A stretch of 63,237 nucleotides of DNA, the filler included, from Rozella allomycis CSF55 (taxonomy: Eukaryota): the NCBI GenBank assembly GCA_000442015.1. It is 5 parts of 5 records of this genome, joined end to end, with 100 filler letters (N's around TTAATTAATTAA, not from the genome) between each part and the next. Parts side by side here need not be neighbours in the genome. Positions count along the whole stretch, not along the records: positions 1 to 28,810 come from KE560898.1; 4 more parts are not named here. One strand, written 5' to 3'. Below are positions 14,899 to 25,836 of this stretch, one piece after another. The notes beneath the pieces were generated by a model. It worked only from the letters and a program-made list of their open reading frames with translations, was not told the origin of the DNA and searched no databases. Both the position numbers and the translations under genes were made by a program. The stretch's first letter is position 1. Each line of letters begins with the position of its first letter.

Positions 14899-16374
14899 AT
14901 GGTAAAAATTCAAAATGATCTTTTATTAATAGAAAGTCAAAACGATATCGCATTTGCCGAGAAATAATATACAAGAACGAAAAGGAGATTTACCTATTAT
15001 CAAAAGAAACCCAGATCCATCACTTCATCCATTTCAAAGAGAGAGAGAATATGTTAGAGCTTTAAACGCTGTTAAACTTGATAGAATGTTTGCGAAACCA
15101 TTTATTGCAGCTTTAGATGGACACAGAGATGGTGTATACTGTATTGGAAAGCATCCAACAAGTATAAGACATTTTGTATCGGGATCTGCTGATGGTGGTA
15201 CGATATTCTATAATAGTTAAAAAGAAATAAGGGTTTGGAATTTATCAACATTGGAGTGTTCATGGAAAGCCCAAGCACATCAAGGATTTGTTAGAGGAGT
15301 CTGCTCTGTCCCAAGGTCATCAAGCTTTTTGTCCTGCTCTAGTGATAAGACTGTGAAACTTTGGTCGACTGAATCTTCAAGTGAACTCGTAATTTAATAT
15401 TCTTATTGTTTCTAGCCAATAATGGAGTATGCTTCTAAAGGCGCATTATTTTCAGTTGATCACCACAGAACAATGAAAACGTTTGTTACATCTGGTCCTG
15501 TTGTTGAAGTTTGGGATCATGACAGAGCTGAGCCAGTTCAATCGTTCTCTTGGGGAGTAGATACCGTTCATTGCGTGAAATTTAACCAGTCAGAATCAAA
15601 CATTATTGCCAGTTGTGCATCTGATAGAAGTATAACATTGTATGATATTCGTACCAATACTCCATTGACGAGAGTTATCCTCCAGTTGAAATCTAACTCT
15701 CTTTGCTGGAATCCAATGGAGCCATACAATTTTGCTGTTGCCAATGAAGATCACAATTGCTATACTTTTGATATGAGAAGATTAGATAAAGCAACAAATG
15801 TGCTTAAAGATCATGTTTCTGCTGTGATGGATTTAGATTACAGCCCAACTGGACAAGAAATTGTGAGTGGAAGTTACGATAAAACAATAAGAATATTTAA
15901 TGCAAGAAACGGTCATTCAAGAGATGTTTATCACACAAAGAGAATGCAAAGGTATTAATTTTATCATTGAATTCAACGCAGAGTGTTTTCAGTTAATTTC
16001 TCAATGGATCACAAACACATTATTTCAGGCAGCGATGATGGAAATGTTCGATTATGGAGAACTAATGCATCAGAGAGAATGGGAATTGTAACATTTTAGT
16101 TGATTCATAATAGAAAAATTCAAGAGAAAGGAATGCTATAAACTATGCAAATGCCTTGAAAGATAAATACAAAGAACTTCCAGAAATCAAGAAAATTGCC
16201 AATCATAGACTTGTTCCTACAGTTATTCGTAAAGCTTCAAAGACTAAACGAATTATGCTGAATTCAAGAGCTAGAAAAACAGAGAATGCTTTGTTGCATT
16301 CAAAGAATAAAAACAATGAGGCTTTAAAAAGAAAAGAGGATAGAAAATCTGCAGTTCTTTCATTAGAGAAATAA
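14899..16374 (+). CDS. SOF1: U3 snoRNP WD40 protein SOF1/DCAF13
   Basis: M|KVKTISH; LHPFQREREYVRALNAVKLDRMFAKPF; ANEDHNCYTFDMR; SRDVYHTKRMQR. Confidence 0.96.
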
Positions 16375-16395
16375 GATAGTACAAATAAATTTGGT

Positions 16396-16889
16396 TCATA
16401 ATTTATTTAAATATTTGTAATAGTAATCCACAAATTCGGTTGTAGAAACGGCATAGTCATCATTGTTGTTTGGCATTTGATATTCGTCTATTACGTCATC
16501 CTCATTAATCACTTCCTTTTTCTTTTTGTAATATTTTGTAATATCAAAATCGCCATTGCTTCCATAGTAAAACTGGTTGTAATAATCATAGTCCTGTCCA
16601 ATTTGGTCCTTTGTGAAACTCTTTCGAGATTTCCTATCAGAATGTGGATTCGCATGTGAATAGGTTTTAAGCTCCACGTTACTTTTATAATCATCTTTAT
16701 TGAATGAATCACCATAATCTTTCCAATGATAGTTTCTATAATGTTCAACGACATCAAAGTAATCCGCATCCTCATTATTTGTTCTTGTTGATCGCCTTTG
16801 TGAATGCAATAAAATGTTTACTGCGAGTGTAGTCTTTGGGTGGAAGCAATTACACTGAATGATAATACGAAAAGAATTATTGATTTCAT
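16396..16889 (-). CDS. Small secreted Tyr/Asp-rich orphan protein
   Basis: Exon1 MKSIILFVLSFSVIAS (signal peptide), short intron, then Y/D/N/K-rich ORF 16396-16809. Confidence 0.65.
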
Positions 16890-17014
16890 GTCAATTGAAT
16901 CATGAATTAGTCTGAGTCATTAATATATACTCAAGTGTCACGTTGTCAAATAGATTAAAAGTGACGTAACTGAATAGTAGAATTTAAAGAACATTATGAT
17001 AAAGCCATTAATTA

Positions 17015-17300
17015 ATTCTTGGGCAAAGTTCCTGGCACTGTATTTTCAGAAAAGTCGCAAATGCTTCGAAAACACATTGAATACGGATTGTAATCGTGCA
17101 TTTGAAACAACTGCTCTTTATTTCCTAAGTCTTGCTTAAGATTGTGACTTGATTCTGAAGAAAAAGTTGGAACACTATTCCACGGAAGAATTGAACTGTT
17201 GAATCCGGTTGTGGAACATTCGGTGAAGAAAAGCAAGGATGTACAAGAGGCGATACGGATTAGAAATTATGACATTCAAAAAAACAATAGGAGAATGTAC
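17015..17300 (+). pseudogene. Degenerate copy of the 21439-22026 gene
   Basis: TTGATTCTGAAGAAAAAGTTGGAACACTATTCCACGGAAGAATTGAA..TTGAATCCGGTTGTGGAACA matches ~21733-21805 (LILKKKLEQYSLEELKLLNPVVEQ); frameshifted, boundaries approximate. Confidence 0.7.
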
Positions 17301-17318
17301 CTTAAACTTGCCTATTTA

Positions 17319-18878
17319 TTAATTTGGACATACGCAAATAGAAGAATCAAGCAAACGTCATTTAGCGTGACTTTTTTGACTTCTTTCAAAGGGCGAAAGC
17401 TCATTCAATACCCTGTCGATTATACTCACTCATAAACTTTAAAGGAACGACCTTTGATTTTCTGTGATGGATAATATTTCTGTCCGTTCATTAAATTCTC
17501 TCAAGCTGGTAGCGTAATCAAAATATTCCATTATTGTTGGACACAAACTCAGGGCCGGCAAACTAATTTTGTCTTGATTGATTTTGGATTCTTCAATTAA
17601 CTTTTCGCAGAAATATTTTACAGCATCATCAAATAATGGCTGTAATTTGCTTAAACCATATTTAATTTGTCTATCCGATCTCCATCCGATTGTATCTACT
17701 GAGAATGGGGAGCTTTAATTTTAAATCGTTTGCTCTAGTCAAATTAATTTGATCAAGACATTTATTCTTTGCCTCATTATAGGTTTCGACAGATTCATCA
17801 GCTTCGTTCTTCAGCAAAGTTATATTTTTCAAATAATCGGCTTTCTCTTTTTCCAAGAAAAAATAATGCTGTATAGCACTGGCCAAATTCTCATTATCAT
17901 TTTTAAATTTCCTTTCAACCCACAATAGTTCATTTTGTGTCATAGAGTTTGTAATTTCGATTTCTTTGATGCCGATTCTTTATTTCTGTTTTCTTCATCT
18001 GGAAATCTGAGGCCATTTGTCCCCTAAAGGAAATGAGACTATAAAAATTAATCTCAATTGATCTTTCTCCTTTTGAAGTGCATCAAGCTCTTTCTTGTTT
18101 TCCTCGTATTTTCTTTTAGCTTCAATCATTGCCTGAGTGCTAAATGTGTTGCCATTATTGTTGACGCAGTTTTTATAGACGTTAGAGTAAGCTTTAGTGA
18201 GAAAATGTTTCCATGTTTCAGGAAAAAAGATTGTATTTCCATCTTTATCTTGAGCGGTGGTATGCCTATAGAATATATATTTCACAGAATTAAGTAAGTC
18301 TTCTGCTTGAGGAGCAACTTTAAGCATTTTGTTTTTCAATTCGTCAATTTTGAGTTTCTCTTCGTCTTCAGTCATTTCAACAGTATCGGCAAATGTAAAG
18401 ACGATGACACCTTGTTTATAGCCTTTTTTGGTTATCAAAGAAGTGATGAAATTAAATTGATTAGCTAAACGGGCATCAGGAGTCCTATTTACAGGAAACA
18501 AGAAAAAGAAAGCATCAAATCCATCTTTTAAGATACCTAAAACTTTTTCTGAGATTAAAGATGCTATTTGATTGTTCTTGGCTTCGTTATCTTCAAATCC
18601 AGGTGTGTCATAACCCTTTTTCCGTCATGAGAACAATCATAGCCAGTTCAATCCAGTGTTAGAGAGACCATCTGATTCCCTTTCTTTGCTATTTCTCTCT
18701 TGTCTTTGAGCTTTAGATCACACAAGCCGTGAAGAACATTTACGATGGTTGATTTTCCGGACCCTGTGTGGCCAAGTAATAGAACATTTAGGCGCCTATT
18801 ACAAACTTCAGAAATAGGAGATGCAACAAATAAGCAAAAAAGGCAGCTTAATATTGTGAAAGCAGAAAATAATTTCAT
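17319..18878 (-). pseudogene. Pseudogenised paralog of the signal-peptide AIG1-type GTPase
   Basis: Colinear with 19643-21265 from MKLFSAF..GHTGSGKST to ..CVCPN*; TGA at 18648-18650 where the paralog has Cys, frameshift just before DTPG, further frameshifts near 18050-17960. Confidence 0.85.
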
Positions 18879-18929
18879 CTGAATTCAGGGGTTTTCATTT
18901 ACGAAATTATCAGATGATTCTACAATTTG

Positions 18930-19470
18930 CTAAATTCGCACTGTGTAAAGGAAAGCGGTAATCGGTTTAATGTGGTGCCTGTTAGTGGTCTCGGTTTGGC
19001 AATGGTTACCGAGTGGCGAGTGCATTTATGGCGTAGACTTGGGCTAAAATTCTTTAAATCATCATGGCCCATGTCTTGAATGTGCAAAAGGTCAATCAGA
19101 ATTCAGACTGTTATGGTGATCATGCCCATTTCTTAAGGAAAAAATGATTTGGCTAACAGACATAACGCAATTGATGAAATTTTCCATGTAGGCATCTCAA
19201 GGAGGGTTAGCACCGCAAAAAGAAGTTCAAGGGCTCTTGGACTATGAAAGCAGATATTTAATTCCAGTCCTAGAAAAAAGCCATTATGTCTGTATAGACT
19301 TGACCATTGTGGTTCTATGTTGAACAAGTCTTCAATAAAAAGGAGGGCAGCGCTCATGAGATCTCGGGATCAAAAAATTAAGAGATATTTTGACAAGTTT
19401 GAGGCTAAAGGTTTGATATTTTTTCTTTTTGTATGGAATGAACTGGAGGGGCTTTAGTGTCCAATGTGCA
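18930..19470 (+). mobile_element. Degenerate 3' relic of a CRE-like non-LTR retrotransposon (Zn finger + restriction-like endonuclease)
   Basis: Across frames: GNRFNVVPVSGLGLAMVTEWRVHLWRRLG / PCLEC / DCYGDHAH / RHNAI / ADI / DLT / DQKIKRY..FEAKGLIF, the order of motifs seen at the C-terminus of RLE-clade elements. Confidence 0.6.
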
Positions 19471-19642
19471 AAATATCGGAACTAATGTGGTGGTATACCA
19501 CACGCTCAGATTAAAGATAGGTTTCACATTAGCAAAAAGGAATGCATCAATGATTCTGAAAAGAGTCAAGACTGGCATAAACATTTAAATAAAATAGCTT
19601 GATAGCTTGAGTATAATAAAATACGATAAAGCCAATATTTAT

Positions 19643-21265
19643 TTAATTTGGGCAAAAACAAATCGAGGTGTTGGACAAACGTTCTTCAACGTTCTTTCTT
19701 TTAGGCGAATAGGTCCTAATACTACTTTCCATGAAGAAATTGATTATTTTCTGTATTTCTGGATACTCACATAATTTGAAAGCTCGCCCTCTGTTTTTGT
19801 CTGTTGCCGATTGAATTTCCTGCGTTCTTTGTTTCACCATATTATTGAATGTTGTCAATTTCTCAGCATATTTACTATAATTTTCAAATGTTGCATTATC
19901 TGATTGCAATGTTGGTTTCACAATTTTGTCATTGTTGATCTTTGAATCTTCAGTTAACTTGTCGCGAAAGTATTGTACAGCCTCTGCAAATAATGGTTTA
20001 GCAACACGCAGTGCATTTGACCAGGACACACTAATTCCGCCTAAAAACGCGCTCGAAACTCTGAGGTCGCCATTGGGTGGTGGTATTTCACGATTGTTTA
20101 TGTCTACACTCCGTATCCAGTTAATTTGATCAAGGCAAGCTTTTTTTGCTTCATTGTACTTTTGGACTAATTCATCGGCTTGATTTTGAAGCGTTGTAGT
20201 GTTTTTCATGATTTGAGCTCTTTCCTTTTCTAAAAAGAAATAATCTTGAACAGTTTTAACCAATTTCTCATTGTCTGTTTTGGATTTTCTTTCAATCGTC
20301 AACACCTCTTCTTGAGTCATAGAACTTGCAATATTAATATTTCTAAAGCCCATTTTTTCAATGTCATTTTTTAATTTTTGTAAATCTGAAGATAAACTAC
20401 CACCGAATAAAGTAATTCTTTGAAAATTCATTCTCAATTGTTCTCTGTCCTTTTGAAGTGCATCGAGCTCTTTCTTGTTTTCCTCGTATTTTCTTTTAGC
20501 TTCAATCATTGCCTGAGTGCTAAATGTTTTGCCATTATTGTTGACGCAGTTCTTATAGACTTCCGAATATGCTTGAAAATGAAACATCTTCCTTGTTTCA
20601 GGAAAAAAGATTGTATTTTCATCTCCATCTTCAGCGGACCTATGCCTATAGAATAAATATTTCACGGTATAAAGAAGTTCTTCAGCTTGAGGGGCAATTC
20701 TAAGCATTTCGTTTCTCAATTCTTCAATTTTTAATTTCTCTTCTTTTTCAGTCATTTTAACATCATCCGCAGATGTGAACACTATAATTCCATGTTTATA
20801 GCCTTCTTTTGTAATCAAAGAAGTGATAAAATTAAAGACATTTGCCAATTGATCATCGGGTACCCTGGTCACAGGAAATGTGAATAAGAAAGCATCAAGC
20901 CCATCTTTTAGTAACATTGGAACCTTCTCCGATATCAGGGATGCTACTTTATTGTTCGTGGCTTCGTTATTCTCAAATCCAGGTGTGTCGACAACATGCA
21001 ATTTTATATCTCCGTTTGAGCAATCATAGCCTGTACAATTCTGGGTAACAGATCGCATATGATTTCCGGTCTTTGCTATTTCCCTCTTGTCGTTAATTTT
21101 TAGGTCAAACAAGCCGTGAAGAACATTCACGATGGTAGATTTTCCTGATCCATAGTACCCTAGTAAAAGAACATTAAGACGCCTATTGCACTGTTCAATG
21201 GGAGAAGCGTGAACAAAGAGGCAACAAAGGGAGCTTATTATTGCGAATGCTGAAAAAATTTTCAT
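19643..21265 (-). CDS. AIG1/GIMAP-like P-loop GTPase with N-terminal signal peptide and C-terminal coiled coil
   Basis: MKIFSAFAIISSLCCLFVHASP (signal peptide); G1 LLLGYYGSGKST, G2 RSVT, G3 VVDTPGF, AIG1-type G4 IIVFTSAD; coiled coil EAKRKYEENKKELDALQKDREQL; intronless 540 aa. Confidence 0.82.
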   Translation of the reverse strand: MKIFSAFAIISSLCCLFVHASPIEQCNRRLNVLLLGYYGSGKSTIVNVLHGLFDLKINDKREIAKTGNHMRSVTQNCTGYDCSNGDIKLHVVDTPGFENNEATNNKVASLISEKVPMLLKDGLDAFLFTFPVTRVPDDQLANVFNFITSLITKEGYKHGIIVFTSADDVKMTEKEEKLKIEELRNEMLRIAPQAEELLYTVKYLFYRHRSAEDGDENTIFFPETRKMFHFQAYSEVYKNCVNNNGKTFSTQAMIEAKRKYEENKKELDALQKDREQLRMNFQRITLFGGSLSSDLQKLKNDIEKMGFRNINIASSMTQEEVLTIERKSKTDNEKLVKTVQDYFFLEKERAQIMKNTTTLQNQADELVQKYNEAKKACLDQINWIRSVDINNREIPPPNGDLRVSSAFLGGISVSWSNALRVAKPLFAEAVQYFRDKLTEDSKINNDKIVKPTLQSDNATFENYSKYAEKLTTFNNMVKQRTQEIQSATDKNRGRAFKLCEYPEIQKIINFFMESSIRTYSPKRKNVEERLSNTSICFCPN

Positions 21266-21438
21266 CCGATTGCAAGGGTTTCCATTTGGGAAAATTTTAG
21301 ATCTCTTCGATTCATTTCAGTTAAAAAAGAAAAAAGAAAAAATATCAAAATACTCAATCTATATTTGTCATAATCTATAAATAGGATTTCATGAATCATG
21401 CTGTGTTCAACTTCATTCTTGGTCACAGACTCTAAATT

Positions 21439-22026
21439 ATGTGCGTAATGAGTTTTAGATTTATGACCATAATGATTCTTGCATCTATTTCACAACTACT
21501 TCCTATTCCCCCTTTACTCTCCGTGCACACCCAAAGAGAAGTGTTTTTAGGTAACAAGCCAGCGACGCCAATACCGAATGCAAGTGAAGCAGTTGATAGA
21601 AATACCCATCAGCACTTGAGATTTAGAATGGAAATGCCAATGAAAATGATAGCCGTGACCGCTGAATATACGAATAAACCTCAAGGCTTTGCGAAACAGG
21701 AAAATGATGTTAAGAATGCGATAGCGGATGATTTGATTCTAAAGAAAAAGTTGGAACAGTATTCCTTGGAGGAATTGAAGTTGTTGAATCCAGTCGTCGA
21801 ACAGTTGGTGAAGAATAGTAAGGACGGTCGAGAGGCCATGAAGTGGCTAGAAAAGTATGATGATATTCAAAAACAAAGATTACGCTTGGAAAATGAAATG
21901 ATGCATAAATCAAAACCAAATTTACTTCCTAGATCTTTGATGTATGGTAGTGGTGGGGCTGTTGTTGGTGCAGCTGCCGCCACATCTATAGATCAATTAC
22001 TGGATGATAAGAATTTTTACATATGA
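21439..22026 (+). CDS. Orphan putative secreted protein
   Basis: Hydrophobic N-terminus MTIMILASISQLLPIP; helical middle; C-terminal GSGGAVVGAAAAT; has a decayed paralog at ~17015-17300. Confidence 0.65.
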   Translation: MCVMSFRFMTIMILASISQLLPIPPLLSVHTQREVFLGNKPATPIPNASEAVDRNTHQHLRFRMEMPMKMIAVTAEYTNKPQGFAKQENDVKNAIADDLILKKKLEQYSLEELKLLNPVVEQLVKNSKDGREAMKWLEKYDDIQKQRLRLENEMMHKSKPNLLPRSLMYGSGGAVVGAAAATSIDQLLDDKNFYI

Positions 22027-22266
22027 TGAGATAATATCATAATAGAACAATAAATTCAATTAAAGGGGTAGTTGCCGATTTTATTGAACAAGACGGATGA
22101 TAGGCCTAAATATTCTAGATTAGTGATAAATTTTAACTTTTTCCGTGAAATTCATCCTATAATTAAAGTCTTCTTGTATAAATGAAACAAATTAGACCGT
22201 TTAAATGCATAAGGCTCTCAAGCGTTGGTTGTAAATACACAAATATGTTTTCATCATCCTGTTCAG

Positions 22267-22339
22267 GCGATCATAGCGCAGTCGGCAGCGCGTAAGTCTC
22301 ATAATCTTAAGGTCGTGAGTTCGAGTCTCACTGATCGCA
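22267..22339 (+). tRNA. tRNA-Met(CAT), elongator type
   Basis: GCGATCA/TGATCGC acceptor stem, anticodon loop CTCATAA, GTTCGA T loop, followed by TTTTT. Confidence 0.93.
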
Positions 22340-22481
22340 TTTTTCTTCCCTCTGTGCATTTTTTGTTTTGTTTGTGAACGTTTATAATCATCTAAATACT
22401 TTAAAATGAGCGTATTCTTACCTCCTATCATTAACCATCTGCCTTTTGTCTTTTGTGTTCGAAACATTTGAAATTTCTGAA

Positions 22482-23249
22482 ATGAAAGCTAGCACTGTCA
22501 TATTTTCTCTATTCTTGGCTAGTTTAAATGCGCTTCATTTTTATTTGGATGGAAATGAACAGAAATGCTTTTTAGAAGAATTACCGAAAGATATGATGGT
22601 AGTTGGTAATTTTACAAGTGCTTTTTGCAATAATAGGGAATTACAAGACTTGGGTTTTTGATCCTAAGAGTAACGGATATACTGAGGGACACGACAACTC
22701 TCTATTAATTAAAGTCATTGTTGAGGCGACAGGACATCGACTATTGGACCAAACAGGATCAAACAAGGGAAGGTTTGTGTTTACTGCATCTGATACTGCT
22801 ACCCATCTTGTTTGTTTGAAGATGAGTAATGGTGGAAGTTATTTTTCTGCTGTTAAAAGCGTAATGAACTATTGTCACGTTGACTTAGAAAGTAGAATTG
22901 GAGTTTTTTCTTGGAGAACATGGAGCTGAGCTAAGTTTAAATGACAATGATGATGTTAATAAGAAACTTACTGGTAATATTGTGATGTTTAAAAGATAGG
23001 TCTTCCTTCTTTGGTTAGAGAATTGAATGAAAAGATTACCGAGATTAGGCGAGAGCAAATGTTCCAAAAGGTATCAAGTAATAATAGAAATAAGATTAGG
23101 AACGTGAAATTGAATTTAGAGACCGATCTGAAGTTGTGAATAGCCACACTGTAACATACACGATAATTCAAATAATTGTTCTTGGAGCAACGTGCCTGTA
23201 CCAAATGAGATATCTAAAGAGATTTTTTCAAGCAAAGAAATTAGTTTAA
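22482..23249 (+). CDS. p24 alpha-subfamily GOLD cargo receptor (Erp1/TMED9-like)
   Basis: Signal peptide, LHFYLDGNEQKCFLEELPKD, GRFVFTA..HLVC, IRREQ..Q..REIEFRDRSE, C-terminal FFQAKKLV*. Confidence 0.9.
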
Positions 23250-23271
23250 TAAAAATGCGTTTATTTGAAAT

Positions 23272-25023
23272 TTATTCTTCATCTGAAGATATGCTGACAC
23301 CGACAATAGCCTCTTCTTGAGCATCTGAAAATTCATTTTCATCTAAATTGAAAATAGTTTAAGAAATTACCCATAGCCACAATTTCTGAAGGAACAAAAT
23401 CAGTAGAAAAGTCAAACAAGTCATCCCTGGCCATTTTCTGTTCTTTCTTTTTCAATTTCTTTAATTGACGTTTAATCTTTTTATTAATCTGTGGATTTAT
23501 GCTTGCTTCAAAGTCATCCATAACTTCTTCCTTTTCAACAACTTCATTCTTCTTTCTTTTCATCTTCAAAGTATTGATAGCAAAAGAAGACTGTTGGTCT
23601 TCTTCAACTTCAACAGCCATCATTTCTTCATCATCTTGGTCCATCGCTTCTACTTGAGCTTCCATATCAACATCGTCAAACGCATCAGGTGCCATTTTGA
23701 CAAAGCGTGAAGTGAATCGAGAAGAATCTTTGACTTGAGAAAGAAGTAAATTTTGTTCTTCTGAAATGGCATTCAAATCAAATTCTTTGCTCAAGGAAGT
23801 CAAAATAACATTTTCGTTTTGTATCTTAGCTGGTGGGATGGTAAAGAATGGAATTCTTCCACTGTTCCAATCATGAAGAATTGAACGAGCAGCCTTGTCT
23901 AAATCAGCTATGCCACCTTTGCGCAACTTGCCGCGCTTTTTGGCAATCAAAAGTAAAAACTCTGAAACATCGCGATATTCTGGAATGCCATACATCGTCG
24001 TCCATTGTTGCTTAGAACACCTTGAGAGAATCAATTCAACTGGTGGGACTGGATCTTCAATGTCATCAACCTTAATACAGTTTCTCAACAACAAATCCTT
24101 ATCAGCTCGTTTACCAGCAGAAAACACAATTCCAGGGCAATCCAAAAGTTTGATATTTTTATCCAAATGAATTTCTTGTGATGTTTTTGTAACGCCAGGG
24201 GTTGAACCAACTTGACATACCCTGGATCTTTTTAAAGAGTTAATAACGCTACTCTTCCCAACATTTGGATAACCAATGATTCCAACAGAAATAGTTTTTT
24301 TCATATCAATGTTTCTACAATAGTTCTTAAGAATCTTTATCAATGAATCAGCACCTAAACATTCACTCTTTTGCAAAAGGTCTTCGTGAGCAACATCAGA
24401 GTTACTCTTTGCTTGCCCTAAATGGTTTCTTTGCGATTGAGTAGACGCTTTAAAGGCCACAGTGGGAAGCTCTTGTCTCAAATAGCTTAACCAGGTCTCA
24501 ACATTCTCTCTGGGAACCAAATCTATTTTATTCAAGATAAGCACAAGCTTTTTATTCTTTTGCAAAATGTAATCTTCTACAGACTTTGTTCTACATCCTA
24601 ATGGATCTCTCGCATCTACCACCTGCAAAATAACATCAGCATCTTCAACAACCTTTTTAAATTCCTTATAATACGCTTTTTTTGAAGTATCAATAATTTC
24701 CATGTGCGTCGTTTCTTGTTCATTCTGGTTTTCGAATTCTTCTTGCTTTTTCATAGCCATCATTGCCAAACGTCTCAACTCATTTTGCTTTTCTGCTTGC
24801 TGTTGCTCAGCATATACTTGTTCCATAACTTTATCCTTAAATGGCAGAAAATTTGGAATCCCGGGATCCTTCTTTAAAGCATTTGCTATCTTTTAAAAAA
24901 TGGCCTCTTACGTTTTGGATTCTTTCTCGCCTCTTTTCTCACTTTACGATGATGCTCTTTGATTTTTCTGTCAATCTTGTAGCGCTGAGCGCATGTTATA
25001 CGTTTACTCTTTTTCTTTCCCAT
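23272..25023 (-). CDS. NUG1: Nucleolar circularly permuted GTPase NUG1/GNL3
   Basis: MGKKKSKRITCAQRYKIDRKIKEHHRK; DARDPLG, LNKIDL, GYPNVGKSSVINSL, LLDCPG. Confidence 0.95.
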
Positions 25024-25264
25024 TTTGCAGGGGTCTAAAAATACAGTCGAGTTTAACGTTGCAAGTGTAACGTTAAAGTATTCAAAATAAAGTAAATTTG
25101 AGATTTTAAAAGGATTTATTAACTGGACCTTGCGGATTTTCATACATGCCAAATTTGGCACCTCAACTATTAATTTAATGTCATGTTTACACACAATGTC
25201 ATATTCCTATGAATTATGATTGAACATTTTAATAAATTTAGTTTTTCCAGACTCTTAGAGTTGA

Positions 25265-25738
25265 ATGATATCCTCAAAAACGTTCATTTACTTTCTCTTG
25301 TTCATTAGTTGCTCCAAGGTACTCTGCCAAGTAATTTTTGAATAATGAAATTGTTAGATGCGACCAATATATTTTAAAAAACGTTCTGACTCTGATTCCA
25401 TAAAGACATTTGACTACTACGGCGGGAATTATGGTGGTCGTGAATATCAATCAAGTGTGGCCGATTTTTATGGAAACGGCGTTTACTTGAATAAAAAATA
25501 CGAAACAAACTATGACAAGGTGTATGGAAATGACATTCCCCGTGAAATCAAAGATTTTGCCGAAGACATTAAATTTGGAAGGGATTCAGATGAAGTGAAC
25601 AGCAAAGATGTGTACAAGTTTTGGCCCGAGCTATATGACATGTACTTTGGAGATACGGAGACGGATTGTGAACAACACTACAGGGGCAATTATTGGAGAA
25701 ACAATCAACAATACTATCAATACGGGTATGATTATTAG
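25265..25738 (+). CDS. Small secreted Tyr/Asp/Gly-rich orphan protein
   Basis: Exon1 MISSKTFIYFLLFISCSKVLCQ, 27-nt intron, exon2 MRPIYFKKRSDS...YYQYGYDY*. Confidence 0.65.
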
Positions 25739-25836
25739 CAATACCACTAAATAAATATTATTAATCTATCTATTTTCTTGCACTTTATAGTTCATAACGT
25801 TATCAATACTCCAAAATTAGTTGCATAATATTCCGA

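Noticed and set aside
22201..22467. 88-aa minus-strand ORF
   Set aside because: Overlaps tRNA-Met on the opposite strand; spurious
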